Positions 1 to 15,070 are shown, numbered from the stretch's first letter. The stretch: 64,000 nucleotides of DNA from Octopus sinensis (GCF_006345805.1 NC_042999.1:70928001-70992000), one strand, 5' to 3'. The notes: a model not told the origin generated them from the sequence alone. Numbers and translations: made by a program.

Positions 1-1552
1 TTTTTTTTTTGTTTTTATTCCCTGAAAAGCACTGAAGTTACCAAGTATTTGCAATTTGATAAGAATGTTCCCTTAAGCTTCTGCGTACTTTAGAAATGTA
101 ATTGTTATATATATATTTTAATAGAGAACTACAAAATAAAAAATGTTTTTGGAATTAAAAATATAAATAAATGCAATTAACAATATACGAGATTTGACTT
201 TGAAAAACTAAGATTTTATAGTATGAGCAAATAGGAAAAAAAACCCAACAAAGTAAAGAATCTTAATGATAGTACTGATGATAATTATGATAATAATAAT
301 AAAGGCAATAATAAAAGTGTGAATAAGGCATTAATAATTTTTTTATAGATGCTGATATCAAATCTGCGGCAGATGGTTTGTTGTGTTTTAGGGTAAGACA
401 CTTAATTCTTCATGACTTCAAGGAAACCCTTTAGATTCTAGTTAATTATAACAGTTGTTTTGCTTTTAATTCTGTAACGAGAAAGAATCTTCACTTGTGA
501 TTGCAGGTTCGATTTTCGGTTAAAATTTTTTACTTCACATGCCTGTACAGGCAATTTTAAGCAATAAATAATTTCCTGGAGAAGGATGGTCTCTGTTTTC
601 TTGACATATCTTTGACATGTAAGACATTGTAGGAACTTTGTAACTCATTGAGGTTCGTAAAGTAATTGCCTTAAGAATCGTCTGCGAACATTTGAAAGAC
701 AGTCGATCTAGGGAGAGTTTTTAAACTCAGAATACACCAGGAAAGTTATGAACATTGGCCAATAAACTGAAAACTGAAGCTTTATACATACATACACTGT
801 ATGTAATTTACTCTGATAATGTAACCCTTTGTTACTGTCGCCGTTATAACTGCAGTAAATAAATGTGTAAACATTTGAACAACAACTCTAATTTTCATTA
901 ATTGTGATATAAAGAAATGCAATGAAAATGATACTAAAGTGTTTTTGGTTTACTATGAGCTTACTGCTCGCTCAGTAACATAACAACGAGTCATTGAAGG
1001 AACCTCTATGTCATTTTCCTATGTGGTAGAAATAGCAATCCGATTCCATCAGGTTGTTTCCATTGCTCTCTTATCTAAGCACAGGAATGTCGGACCTATT
1101 AATCTTAAATTTTGTGACCTTGCTCTGAAATGAAACCAAAGCAAAATATCTCTGAAATGTGTTTTACGTTGACACGAATCCACCTTTAGAACGTTTTTCT
1201 GGTTTTAGATTTCCTGTTCTATCACATTCTGGTGGGATGGCGAAAATGTCTTTGAAGATGAACACTTTGAAACTAAAGAATTGTAATTTAGGCATTTTAT
1301 CTAATACATTAAAAGCTAAAGGTTATTCTTTGAACTTTTCATTTAAGGACTGGAATGATAATATTTTTCTTCAGACTTTGGTCGATGGAAAAAACAATAA
1401 AAAGGAACTATTAGAAACTATCAAAGGCAAACAAATTCTTTTGATACAACAAAGAAGAATTATTAGAGAGGATCAAATTGAATTAAGATAAGGCAGCATG
1501 ATGTATGAACCATATATATCTTTTGTTCTACCTATTCACATCAGCTTATATA

Positions 1553-1913
1553 TCTTTTTATCTTTACCTGTTTGAGTCATTAAACTGCAGCCATGCTGGG
1601 GCACCGTCTTGAAGGGCTGAGTCGAACAAACCAACCCCAATCCTAATCCTAACCCAACCGTAATCTCAGTACTTATTTTTTAAAAATCTTGGTGCTTAAT
1701 GAAGCAGTTTCTTTTTCCCGAAGCGCTCAGTTAGGAAGTCGTAGACAAACCAACACCAATTGTCGAGGCTTCTTTCGGTTTCCGTCTACTAAATCCATTC
1801 ACAAGGGTTTCGCCGGTCGGGGGCTATAGTTGAAGGCACTTGCTAAAGGTGCTACGCGGTGGGATTGAACCTAAAACCAATTAGTTGGGAAGCTTCTCAA
1901 CCACACAGCCACA
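1553..1913 (-). mobile_element. tRNA-headed SINE, family A (CORE-like centre), diverged copy
   Basis: Reverse complement matches the family A copy at 13661-14076: head gtggctgtgtggttgagaagc, centre caccttTAGCAAGTGcc, tail gacggtgccccagcatggctgcagtttaatgactcaaac plus A-rich end. Confidence 0.85.
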
Positions 1914-2418
1914 TTGATTTACAGTTTTCGATTTTGATAAACTTCATTATATGACCAACAAAATACCAAACTGGGACAACTATGAGTAAGTTGGGAACAA
2001 CGCTGTGCCAGTGATGCGTTTCGAACTAGAGATACGTCGACCACTAGTCGGATACTATGTACTACGAAACTGCGAGTGCTGAGCACTAGTCGATTAAGCA
2101 TACTAATCAATACTTGACTGATTCTTATTTCATCAGTCACCGGAAGGATGACGGATAAAATCGACTCCAGCAGATTTTGAACATAGAACATGAAGTAATA
2201 TTAGTAAACGACACGAGATATTTTGTGCAATGCTCTGCTGATATTGACCGCGAAATACATCGTCATACAATATTGACGTCGTCATTGTTAACGTCACCTA
2301 TTTGTTGTTGTTTAGCCCTGATAAGCTCTGACTAAACAGACCTCTTACTAAATATGTTACAGCTGTGGCAATTCCGTCTTGTTTTCAGGAATAGTGTATT
2401 TAGTGTCGTTAATTTTCT

Positions 2419-3004
2419 TTTCTACTCTAGGCACAAGGCTCGAAATTTTTGGGGAGGAGACCAGTCGATTAGATCGACCACAGTATGCAACTGGTACTTA
2501 ATTTATCGACCCCAAAAGGATGAAAGGTTAAGTCGACCATGGCGAAATTTGAACTCAGAACGTAAAGACAGACGAAATACCTATTTCTTTACTGCCCACA
2601 AGGGGCTACACACAGAGGGGACAAACAAGGACAGACAAACGGATTAAGTCGATTACATCGACCCCAGTGCGTAACTGGTGCTTATTTAATCGACCCCGAA
2701 AGGATGAAAGGCAAAGTCGACCTCGACGGAATTTGAACTCAGAACGTAGCGGCAGACGAAATACCGCTAAGCATTTCGCCCGGCGTGCTAACGTTTCTTA
2801 TTTTTTTACTACCCACAAGGGGCTACACACAGAGTGGAAAAATAAGGACTGACAAACGGATTAAGTCGATTATATCGACTCCAGTGCGTAACTGGTACTT
2901 ATTTAAATCGACCCCGAAAGGATGAAAGGCAAAGTCGACCTCGGCGGAATTTGAACTCAGAACGTAGCGGCAGACGGTGCTAACGTTTCTGCCAGCTCGA
3001 CTCC
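2419..3004 (-). mobile_element. tRNA-headed SINE, family B, trimer with a single TSD
   Basis: Three tandem cores (gaccccgaaaggatgaaaggcaaagtcgacctcggcggaatttgaactc on the + strand). A 19-bp direct repeat ttagtgtcgttaattttct lies at 2400-2418 and 3005-3023. Confidence 0.93.
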
Positions 3005-3399
3005 TTAGTGTCGTTAATTTTCTGAAGCCAGAAAGGCGCGATTTGAGGGAAGATTTTATACTATTTCTAGTATAGATGTTCTCTCATTGTCCGAACTGTT
3101 TTTTCCAGTGTCTTGACTTTAAATGTAAGGCAAGTAATTGATCTGATACGAGATATATAATTCTGTGTTGAGCCGTAGACAGTGACCGTTGTTGGCTACA
3201 GTTGAACTTTGTCAAATATGTCTTCTTCAGCTTAGAATCAAAAGATAGTATCGTTATCATCAATCAAATAAGAAAGTTAGAGACATATCAAATATTTCAT
3301 GGTAATACCTACCGCTCGCTATTAAAAGGCAGAAAAAAAGAAAAAAGTATATAACAATTGAAATATAAATTAAAAACAGTGCGCTGACTTACATAAAGT

Positions 3400-3412
3400 A
3401 TCTATCTGTCTG

Positions 3413-3506
<94 letters not shown>
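3400..3506. repeat. (TCTA)n microsatellite
   Basis: Direct reading. Confidence 0.98.
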
Positions 3507-4281
3507 ACTTTTTTCTCTCTCTCTGTATATATATGTATATGTGCACACACACATACGTATGTGTATATATGTGCATGTGTTTTAATGTGTATATGTTTGT
3601 GTGTGCGCGAGAGTTTATATAACCACAAGAATATAAAGAACATTGAAATGTTACTGAACGCTAGCTTATAAATGAAGGCATCTTTGTTCACTTCTCTTCT
3701 TTTATGTTTACTGTGCACTTATGGTCTCATCCATAAGTTTTATCCAACTCCATATTTATAAGACAGATGCAGACGTCCGTTCTCTCAATAAATATTTTCT
3801 GGGACAGACAAAGAGGGACGAGCAGGTTAGTTTCAATTCTATGTTGGGATTCGTCAGCAACGAACACGTTGTTTAACTCTACAGGGAGACACTGTTTTTA
3901 AGCACTCTATTTCTTAGGGCCTAAATAAACAGGATAGACCGATTTGCATATATGATGCATTTTTGGTAGCTAGTTCGAGTAACAGTGTGTTAACTATATT
4001 TTACTTCAATACTATACTGTACAACAGTGCATTTTTTTCTTTTTAGCAAAAACCGTTCAAATAAGACAGATTAATAGATGTATTGCTCTCAATAGCCTAC
4101 TCGTAGCCTTAGTAAGCTTTTTGCTTACTGTTTACTCGTCCCAGTGTTTATGACGGTGATCTTTAAATAGTTTATTGAGGTAGATATTCAGTTGAATTTT
4201 TGTTTCAATGTCACTAAAAACAGACGAGATATTGTCAATTATCACAATCTGCACCTACAGGTACCCGGTAACAATAGTGTA

Positions 4282-4313
<32 letters not shown>

Positions 4314-5929
4314 TGTGTGTGTGTATGTGTGTGAATGGGTCTATTTGTGTCAATGTACGTAAGCATAAAACTAGAGACTACACTGAATGTTACTGTATGA
4401 AAGCTAATTATGTACTGGGTAAATTTTTACTCGTATCTGACTTAACGACAAAGGTTTGTTTTATACATTTATAAAAGTTAAACATTTTTAACGTTATTTA
4501 ACATGTTACAACATAATTTTCAAATAGCGATCGAAATGCAATACCTATTTTTAATGTACATTTAATCGTGGGCATGATCTTTAATGTATCTTTACTCTCC
4601 AGTCTGGAATCATCTTTTCTGTGCAGCTGCACAGTTATTTATATTCCTTGGTAAAGTCGACTGCTTTCAACTTTAAACTTATTTCGTAATTCCTCTTATA
4701 TTTAAAGAGGGAAATGACGGAGTCGTATAGCATGACTGGATTCTAATAATGTTAATCTGGAGAATGCTTGAAACAAAGTGACAACATGCACCTCCTTATG
4801 CGACTCTCATTAAACAACGAGTTTCTGTGAAAACTATGATTAGCTCTCATGACGTCTATTGGCTAGCATACCGAACCACCACAGACCATCTTTTATCTGA
4901 ACGTGATCTATTGGCAAAGTTCACTTGCGAAGTGGTGCAAACAGAACGTAGCTTCTTCAAGCGGACTTTTTTCTTGAAAAATATGCACTTTATCGTTGTG
5001 AAATCATGTCACATATCACATTTATATTATAAATATGCAAAACAAGCCTTCGTTGTTAAATTAGAGGTTAAAAATTTACCTTTACCCAGTACATAAGTTT
5101 TTTTATCAATAGTTAGTTAAAACTATTTTTATTGCTCTACTTTTATAATTTCATTATAATAGTGTGAGTCAAGATGCTTCAGTAGGAAACATCTTGTGTC
5201 AGTTGTTTGTGAAACAGGTGTTGGGTCATCGTCATAATCAACCATGCTAACAGTTTACCGTACATCAAAAGATTTAAAGTTCATATCTTATAGTTGTAGT
5301 ATAAGACGACTTCCTGTTTGGGGGAGATATTTTAAAGGTTAAATAGTCAATTTATACGTCGATGTAATACGCCGGTAATAATATAAATATAGTCTTAGTA
5401 TAACTATTGAAGAATGTTAGAATTGAACATGCTATGAGGTGTGTGTGAGTATGTGTGTATGTGTGTGTGTGAGAGAGAGAGAGAGAGAGGTAGGGAGAGA
5501 AAAAGAGAGGAGGAGAGAGAGGTAAGGAGAGTAAAGGTAAAAGAAAGCAAGAGAGAGGGGAGTAAAGAAGAGAAGAGAAGAAACAAAAACTGCAATGTCA
5601 GAAAACAAAGCATCAAAAGAGTAATGTTTATATAAAACACCATTAGCGGTAGCGGTGGAGGTGGCGGCTTCTATGCTAAAAATAGCAAGAACAAGAACAA
5701 CTGCATCAATAATAGTTATATCAGCTCTTGCTATGGAGATGACATATTTCTCAACCTGAACGATATAGTTATAGAGAGCGAGAATTATACATACATACAT
5801 ACATACATACATACATACATACATAGATACATAGATACATAGATACTTACATACATACATACACACATTGTCAGTTAATTGTCCGTAAGTCAGAAATAAA
5901 AGCACACTCAAGATAATTAATAAGATGGA

Positions 5930-6190
5930 TGTTTTGTGTTTATTTCTATTTTGCCCCCCACTTGCTCTCACCTTTTCTCTCTTGCATTCACACTTATGCA
6001 TATATGTGTAAATATATATACACACACACGTATGTATATATGTGTATTTATATACATATATGTTTTGTGTTTATTTCTATTTTCCCCCAACTTGCTCTCA
6101 CCTTTTCTCTCTTGCATTCACACTTATGCATATATGTGTATATATATATATATATATACACACATACGTATGTATATATGTGTATATATA
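5930..6190. repeat. About 130-bp local tandem duplication inside microsatellite
   Basis: tgttttgtgtttatttctatttt...cttgctctcaccttttctctcttgcattcacacttatgcatatatgtgta occurs at about 5930 and again at about 6061. Confidence 0.9.
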
Positions 6191-6979
6191 TATTCATATA
6201 TGCATATATATATACATATGTATGAATATATATATAGACACACATACATATACATATGTATGAATATATATATAGACACACATACATATACATTATATAT
6301 GTGCATTCATATACACATAGATACATACATATATACATAATACGCACGCACACTCATTTATATATGTACATATACACAGACATATATTTAAATGCATACA
6401 CACACACATATATATGTACATACACCCAAAAATATCTTTATACACACACATACATATATGCGTGTGTATAGAATAAAGAGGAATGAAAGAAAGAAGGAAA
6501 GAAAGAGAGGGAAAGAGAGAGAGAGAGAGGAAAAGAGAGAGAGAGAGAAAAGAGAGAGAGGAAAAGAGAGAGAGAGAGGAACAGAGAGAGAAGGAATAAG
6601 AGGGAGAAAGTGAAAGAATGGGAGAAGAAAAAAAGAGATAAGCACAATAATACAGAATAAATTTATCGCGTCCTTACAAAACATTGATTCACTTTACACG
6701 AGGTAGTTGCAGTGTTATTTCTACCATTAGACTGGAGCACATAATAACACCTACCATCCACACAACACAACCCCCTTCCTCACATCTACTGTCCATACAA
6801 CGTGCCATTCACACTACCATCGTCTACACATTCAGCTGTGAACCTTCGCTTTCTGTTCATTCAATGAAATTATCCACCATGCGGCATTCCTGTTTGTTTG
6901 CATGACACTAGACCCATGATATTTAAATGTAAGCGCACGCAGGCACATACACGCTAACACTTACACAAGTTGATATGCT

Positions 6980-6989
6980 ACACACTATG

Positions 6990-7060
<71 letters not shown>

Positions 7061-7089
7061 TATATATATATATGTGTGTGTGTTTATAT

Positions 7090-7131
<42 letters not shown>

Positions 7132-7152
7132 AATACATATATATATTTATGT

Positions 7153-7187
<35 letters not shown>

Positions 7188-7258
7188 CATATGCATACAT
7201 GCATGTATATATATATGTATATATATATATATACATATGCAAACATGCATATATATAG

Positions 7259-7293
<35 letters not shown>

Positions 7294-7433
7294 TTATGCC
7301 GTACATATATGTATACCTGCACATATATGTATGCCTGTATACATATGTGTGCGCTTGGTGTCTATGTATGTGTATATATATATGTTTTTTATATGTATTT
7401 TTGTATATATATGTGTGTGCGTATATATATATT

Positions 7434-7517
<84 letters not shown>

Positions 7518-7545
7518 AATATATATATATTATATATGCATAATA
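6980..7545. repeat. Compound (TA)n/(CA)n/(TG)n microsatellite
   Basis: Direct reading; it explains the overlapping YI/HT/VC ORFs. Confidence 0.97.
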
Positions 7546-8059
7546 CACACATATGACAAATACGAAAGCCTACACGTAACCATAACTCTGTTGGCAGACG
7601 TATAGATAGATGGACAGAAGCGATAAAGCGTGAACAACATAAAAGTCCTCGAATTTTCCAGACGATTAGTTAAATTATTCTGGAGCAGGTTAAAGGTGAC
7701 GACAGTATTGCCACAACGCGATACATTTACTTTTTTATTTCCATGAATATACTTGTTGAAGAATTTTCCTTCATAGTAGACGCATATCCCACAATATAGG
7801 TTAAGACAACGATGTTTTGTGAAAACATTTGTTGACCTTAAATCAATGGTTTCAAATATATGCATGCATTAGTGATCAGTTGACACTCAGCTGAGAATAT
7901 GATACAAATAGTTTTAAAGAATAAAAGAATGGCAGTATCCTAGTATGGCCACAGAATCAATGTTGAGATAGGTAAACTTGTTGGAGAGTGTGTATGCATA
8001 TGCATACATACATATATATTATATATGTTTGAATGTATGTTTGTATTTACATATATATA

Positions 8060-8100
<41 letters not shown>

Positions 8101-8467
8101 ATCAGTCAAGTAATCATGGTACAACTCGGCTAATCTCTAGCATAAACACACCTAGTTTAACAAATACAGATGATTCAATAATTGATCAATAAAATTTATT
8201 TATCAATGCATAAAATATTGTTCATCCTATATCGAGATTATACAGGAAATTTCTATGAAATTATATTTGTCATACATTTCCATTTCAAAAGGACAAACAT
8301 TGTTTGTAATGCAGTAATGAGTTCTGTAAAGAAAGGGGAAGGGAAAGTTAGTCGAGTTCTACAACTGTTCAAAAGAATATCTCGTGCCTGTTATGTAAGA
8401 TGCACTGGATATGCTTTTGAAACAGATGTAGTACTTCAATCCCCTTTATTTGCATGTATGCATACAT

Positions 8468-8498
<31 letters not shown>

Positions 8499-11350
8499 TA
8501 AGTATGTGTGTGTCTTTGTGTGTATGTATGTATGTTTGTATTTATCTATGTGTATGTATGTGTGTGTAGTGTGTACGTATGTGTGTGTAATGTGTGCGCG
8601 TGTGTGAATCAGTAGGATTTGACTAAAATTTACGTATTTAGAAGCGAACATTTTAACCGTAAAATAATGTTTATACCACATAAAATACTCAGAGTATTGT
8701 CTTCTTGAGACAATCCCCTTCCCTCTCCAAAAATCCCACGAAGTTATATGGAATAGTAGTTTCTGTTGGCTAGTTATAAAGATGTAATAGGATTTAGGGA
8801 CGTTTCTTACTTTTGTCTAATATTATTGTTGTCCAGTCTGAATTAGTATCCCTATGGACGAAGGCATTCCAGCCGCGGACACCATTTTAAAAGTATATCT
8901 AGGGATATAGTGACCAATGTGCCATTCCGTCATGTAACACCTTATAGGTGTAATTTGAGGGAATTTCGGCTCCTGTTTCTGGCATATCGCGCGATCATGT
9001 AGAGGCTTCTTTATCAGATCGATTAATAAAACAACAATGCATGTTGTGACATCGATGTGTTTCAAAGAAAAAAAAAACTGAATTTAAGAGAGACATGTCA
9101 TAGCTGGTTTCACAAGAAATTTAGCTTTTACTCTGAGGTACTTAACAGAAAAGGCACTCGATAAAGATTATGGAAATGTTCTTTAAATCATAATGGGGGT
9201 TATTAGCCTATTGTTCTTGCTGTTTAGGCCCAAGCCTCCATGTAGCTGATCTTTGATTATAGGGTTCAAGCTATGACTATCCAGATATTTTCAGACATAA
9301 TATTTATGTTTACATTATCTACTACTTCCTTCCATTTTTAAGACGGTCGTATGAGATTTGAGGGAGATTGGCTATCAATACTAGCAGGTCCAATTACCAC
9401 GTAGACGCTCCCATGTAATTTCAATTGTGTGCAGCCGACTCCAGTGATATGTGAAAGACTATATAAATTGAAATGGTTTAACTGAAAATCGAACTGGTAT
9501 CGCATACTCATTTTATTGAGAATCCCACCGCATTTTCACGCTAAAGTTATACGGACTATTCAATTTCTTATGTTTATCATGTTGTGATCGCTTTGTAGTC
9601 AAACAGCATTTTGATCAGGTGATTTATTTTCTAAACTGAAACTTGCGGCAACAAGGAGGAATTTGTTTAACATCTTTCCAAATCTTTTTATGCAACCAAA
9701 TGAAGTAATTGTAAAAAGCCCACTTTTTAAAATTTCTCCCTTAATTATTTTAAACTCAGGTTATACTAAAATCTAAATTATCAACCTGCTGCATTGAAAT
9801 TTCATGTCAGCTCTCCATAGAAAAAAACAACAACAAAAAAAACAAAAAAAAAACAAAGCAGCAACAACAACAACAACACAAGAACGATTTGGGAGGGCAA
9901 ACTATAATTAAGAATGAAGTATTGTGACATTGTCTGAAAAATTCTACTGTTGCGTTCTAAAATAAAATATCTCATCTAAAGTAAAATAAGAATGTGTTAA
10001 CAAACCCTCAAAATATGGTTCTTTTCTGTTCTTTTCTCGAGGAAGATAACAAAGGAGAATTGTTTATTCGTAATATTTATTTCTAATCCTTTCTAGATTG
10101 TTATCTTGTATCCCTGGGAAAGACACTTATCATTTTATGAACCAGACTTTATGTCTACTGTATAAAAAAGTTTAGAGACAAAATGATCGAATGTTTAAAT
10201 CATTGGGCTCTCAAATTATTCCTCTTTAATTTCGTATCTTTAAGCAGTGATCCGTCAGATCAATAAAGGATATTTCATTAAATATATTCAGTCCTTGGCT
10301 CATTGCATCACTGCGTTTATTTTTTACACTTTGAGAAATTAAACTGAAGAACATTATTTGGGAGTCCTTATGATTAAGCACTCGACTCTTAATTATCTTA
10401 ACAAAACCTAACTCTTTAACAATAACTTTACTATTTTTGTGTAGGATTCTCTGAACTATCTATTCGTTGAATAATTTTATTTTACGCTAATGTACAATCC
10501 CACTCTGTCTCTGTCTGTCTGTCTCTCTCACACACACAGTTATGGTATATTCTGTGAAGAAAGCAGTAGAGTACAATATAAAGCACGTCCACCTTCAGAT
10601 TTCACCTTGTGCTATCCAGTAGTAGTATTATACGTACTTTCAGGTTGTGTGTGAATGGATAAGTGAAAAAATTTGGAGTCAACAAGAAGGAGTACAGTTG
10701 GACATTTATTTTTCAATCACTACAACTGTTTCTACGCAACGTAGTTCTCCAGGCGTCTAGGTACTTGATAATGCAACCGCTTCCCTGTGTTATGATATCT
10801 AGTTGTGTTTCCTCAGGTGATATGTAAATATTGTCTCTGTAAGTTCAAATCTTCAGCTTCAAAAACATCCTCTCTGTCTGTCGTGGCCTGAATTTATTAG
10901 TCGTCACTGAGTTTATCAAGATGGGATTTTTGCTGAGGGACCGTTGACAAACTTCTTTGAATGTGTAAATGTAGTGGGATGGAGATTCTGTTAGTGTTAA
11001 AGCGGTTGTCGTTTTAAACGGATTAGCATTTGATTTCTTTGTGCTGTTGATTTTTCTTCCTGGTTGAGAATACATACATAAAACAAAACAAAAAATCGGC
11101 ACATATACGTACATACATACATACATAAAAAATACCCTGTTATTGATGCTGAAGTTCCATTGAAGGAGCCTTGGATCTAGGTTAGAAACCGGTGCTTTCT
11201 CTATTGAACAAGAATCTTGAAATAAAACTGAACAATGACATACATACATACATACATTCATATATATATATATATTATATATATATATCTATATTATATA
11301 TATATTATATATATATATATATATATACATACATACATACATGTATGTAT

Positions 11351-11520
11351 GTTACTCAGAGTTTCATGTGACCGTTCATCAGATAGTTGCGATGATACTA
11401 AATAAAAAATTGCGTGGGTACATATAATATGATATAATATAATATAATGTCATATATACTCGCAGTTTTTTATTCAGCATCATCGTTACTGTCTGACGAA
11501 CGGTCATATGAAACTGTAAC
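11351..11520. mobile_element. Palindromic mini-element with degenerate hammerhead motifs on both strands (PLE pLTR-like)
   Basis: Arms about 11351-11425 and 11453-11520 are imperfect inverted repeats. Minus arm: CTGATGA-ACGGTCACAT-GAA-ACTCTGAGT-A. Plus arm: CTGACGA-ACGGTCATAT-GAAAC with a 4-nt deletion in stem III. The core resembles the 29116-29350 element. Confidence 0.75.
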
Positions 11521-11542
11521 AGTTTATATATACACACTCACA

Positions 11543-11598
<56 letters not shown>

Positions 11599-12070
11599 GG
11601 AGGTGTAATTGTCAGGTAAGTAATTTGATCTGAGACCGTGTGTTGAAACTAAAACGATTGCAGCATGGAAGACACAGTAGACATATTAACCAATGAGCCA
11701 TTCAAAAACACAGAAAGACTGTTCCTTTCTGTTAAACAGTCATTATTTGTTATGTGGTGTCAAAATATTCGTCTTTTGAACTGCGACCTGGTCAACATTG
11801 TCAGTAACAGGTCAACGGAAATTTTGACACCATCCCCAAAATAGTAAGCTGAAATGAAGTTAAAAGTCTTGAGTGTTTCTGAATGTCTAACATGTGTCTT
11901 CAACACTGTGATGTGTGTGTGTGTGTGTGTGTGCGTGCGTGCGTATGCGTGTGTCTATGCGTGTGTGTGTGTATGTATGTATATATGTATGTATGCATGT
12001 ATGTATGTATGTATGTATGTAGTATGTATGTATGTAGTATGTTTGTATGTATGTATGTTGTATGTATGTA

Positions 12071-12141
<71 letters not shown>

Positions 12142-13593
12142 CACGCATATGTGTATATGTAGTAGACGGACTGCTTTAGCAGGATTTTTGCGGATTAGAA
12201 TATTGGTTTTTGCGACGAATTTAGATACTTGAATCATATTTATTTTCAAGATATTTTGCGGTAACTATCAAGTAATTGAATAAATCACAATGATTTCATG
12301 TTTTCTTATTGATAGACGATCTCATTTATCTTAACTATTTCTAATTTTAGAGCAATACCTATGTCTTGCAAAATTGGTAACTGGGGCAAAATGAGTAATT
12401 TCTTATTTCTCATCATTCTTTCCCTACCTGCTTGAAGCCATTACATTATAAGTATTGCATCATCATTTTGAACTGTTGCATCATCTTTGAGAGTAAAAAT
12501 TGGTCAGCATAGTTCTTATTGTTGAAGTTGAGAGAGTTTGAAACACAGTCAGGCGACAGGTATTTTTTCAAGTAATTTTTCTCAACTTTGATCCGAGTGT
12601 AATTGAAATTGCTAATAAAATATCTTGATAATTTTTTGTGTTTTGTAATCAATATTCTTTTCTCTGTTGGATTCCAAGTCAATTTTTCGCCATACTAATG
12701 TCTAATTTGATAATTTTCAATTATCAGAAAATTATTTCTAAATCAAGGCAGAATGAATAATGCCTAATTTCGATAATTTCTTCTCTCTAAATGCACGGTG
12801 CATAGATATATCCGGAAGAGAACCATTTCAGCAGATCTTGAAGAAACTAAAGAGAATATCTTATGCTGGGTTTTTAGATTTAGTCAAGTTTTGTTAATTT
12901 CATATAATTTTTCCACGATCCTCTTTCATTTAACCTAGATATTTAAAAAAGCTTTTGCGGAATTTCTGATCTTTCTGGTGTACAAAGATGGATATTAATC
13001 TGTATGAAATTTCTTCAAATGTTATTCTGGTGAATTGAAGAAGCAAATTTGCCTTATCTTGTCTTAATCATTCCCCCCCCCCATCTAAATTTGTTTTTTT
13101 ATATGCTCAAACAGAACGGATATAATTTTTTCTGAAATAGCGTTCTGAATATGCTATAGTGCTTTTCAATCGTTTGGCGAAGGTCATTTGCTTAGCTGGT
13201 ATAGTTTTCGTAAAGTAGTGAACATTTATGAAAAATAATTTTTTTTCAAAGTCAAACATGCACCCCACCCCATATCAAGTTTTAAGAATGTGACGGTTGA
13301 TGAAATTTTCATTACATTCCCTGGTATGAATTTCCTTGCATATGACCCTCTGATTCACTCTGCACTCCTCACTCTTGCCTTAATCCCTCTCTGAATCTAC
13401 ACACACCACACACAAATATATGGATATATATATATATATATATATATTATATTATATATATATATAATGTGTGTGTGGTATGTGCTCAATATATGTATTA
13501 TTATATACACGTGTTTATGTATACAGGTATATATATATATATATAGATATATATATATATCTATATATATTATATATATATATATAATATATA

Positions 13594-13638
<45 letters not shown>

Positions 13639-13660
13639 ATATATATATAATATATATATA

Positions 13661-14076
13661 GGCGCGGAGTGGCTGTGTGGTAAGTAGCTTGTTTACCAAC
13701 CACATGGTTCCAGGTTCAGTCCCACTGCGTGCACCTTGGGCAAGTGTCTTCTACTATAGCTCGGGCCGACCAAAGCCTGTGAGGGATTTGGTAGACGGAA
13801 ACTGAAAGAAGCCCGTAGTATATATGTATATATATATATGTGGTGTGTGTGGTTGTGTGTGTTTGTGTGTCTGTGTTTGTCCCCTAGCTGCTTGACAACG
13901 ATACTGGGGTGTTTTATGTCCCCGTTACTTAGCGGTCGGCAAAAGAGACCGATAGAGAATAGTACTGGGCTTACCAACAAAGAATAAGTCCGGGGGTCGA
14001 GTTGCTCGATTAAAGGCGTTGCTCCAGCATGGCCGCAGTCAAATGACTGAAACAAGTAAAAAAGAGTAAAAGAGAG
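13661..14076 (+). mobile_element. tRNA-headed SINE, family A (CORE-like centre), full length
   Basis: A-box-like gtggctgtgtggtaag, B-box-like ggttcagtccc, CORE-like caccttgggcaagtg, internal TA/TG microsatellite, tail gctccagcatggccgcagtcaaatgactgaaacaagtaaaa. Assignment to the CORE superfamily is an inference. Confidence 0.92.
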
Positions 14077-14686
14077 TATATATATTATATATTATATATT
14101 ATATATATTATATCTATCTAGATATATGTATATACAAAATTGATATAACACCATTTGCAATGCTTCACCAAAAAGGAGAATTGTAATTGTCACAAATGTG
14201 ACTAGGGTGTTAGGAAACACCTACATTTCTTTACTTAATGTTTTGTTATTTTGGGTATATCTTGTTTTTGGTATTTCTTGCTTTTGGGTATTTATTGTAA
14301 GGTGGGGGTTATTAGTCAGGCATGTCGTTCTTTTGTTAATAGAGAAAATCGTTTATCTGGTGCTTTGATGTTCACTTTGGATAAAGGTTGTATGTCTATA
14401 TGTTTGTCACTATAAAGGTTGTATGTCTATATGTTTGTCATTGGTGTAACAATTTGGTGTTCTCTAGGTGTAACGATTTGGTTAGTAAAAAAGGATTTTA
14501 GCCTTTGTGTTTTATGAAGTTGGCTTGATGCTTGTTTATGAAATTTTTTCACATTCTGTCTGGACATATGGTAAAATGCGGCTGATATATATATTCCTGT
14601 ATAAAAATAGGAACAAAAATGAAATCTAATCTAATATTTATGTATTATTTATATAATATATATATATATAGATATATATATAGATA

Positions 14687-14744
<58 letters not shown>

Positions 14745-14746
14745 TA

Positions 14747-14824
<78 letters not shown>

Positions 14825-14827
<3 letters not shown>

Positions 14828-14981
14828 TGAGAATTTACAAAAACAAAACAAAAGACGAAGGCGGTGTGTGCAAACAACAAATACATATATTACTTTAACG
14901 CTCGGGAAATGAGAAAGTCTTTTACGTTTCTAGCCTACGCTCTTCGACAGAAAGGAACACAGAAACAAACGGAGAGAAAAT
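14825..14981 (-). mobile_element. Short TA-flanked element with a degenerate minimal hammerhead
   Basis: Minus strand 14954-14919: CTTT-CTGTCGA-A-GAGC(GTAG)GCTA-GAA-ACGT-A-AAAG. Stem I is 4 bp, stem III is palindromic, and the core has A6 to T. Confidence 0.6.

Positions 14982-15070
<89 letters not shown>

Noticed and set aside
1159-1491. 110-aa non-repetitive ORF
   Set aside because: No recognisable motif and no convincing donor site. It cannot be separated from a chance ORF or a decayed transposon.
2419-3004. CRISPR-like or satellite array
   Set aside because: The repeats are about 190-bp SINE units with no unique spacers, in a eukaryotic context.
349-9705. Short + strand AG...GT bounded open segments (349-392, about 3765-3826, about 4603-4650, about 8313-8394, about 9620-9705)
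   Set aside because: Each is under 30 codons with no recognisable homology and the phases do not all chain. Such segments are expected by chance in this much sequence.
12165-13335. Complex A-rich stretch that looks like a decayed coding region on the minus strand
   Set aside because: Many stops, no diagnostic transposase or RT motif and no paired termini found, so it was left unassigned.
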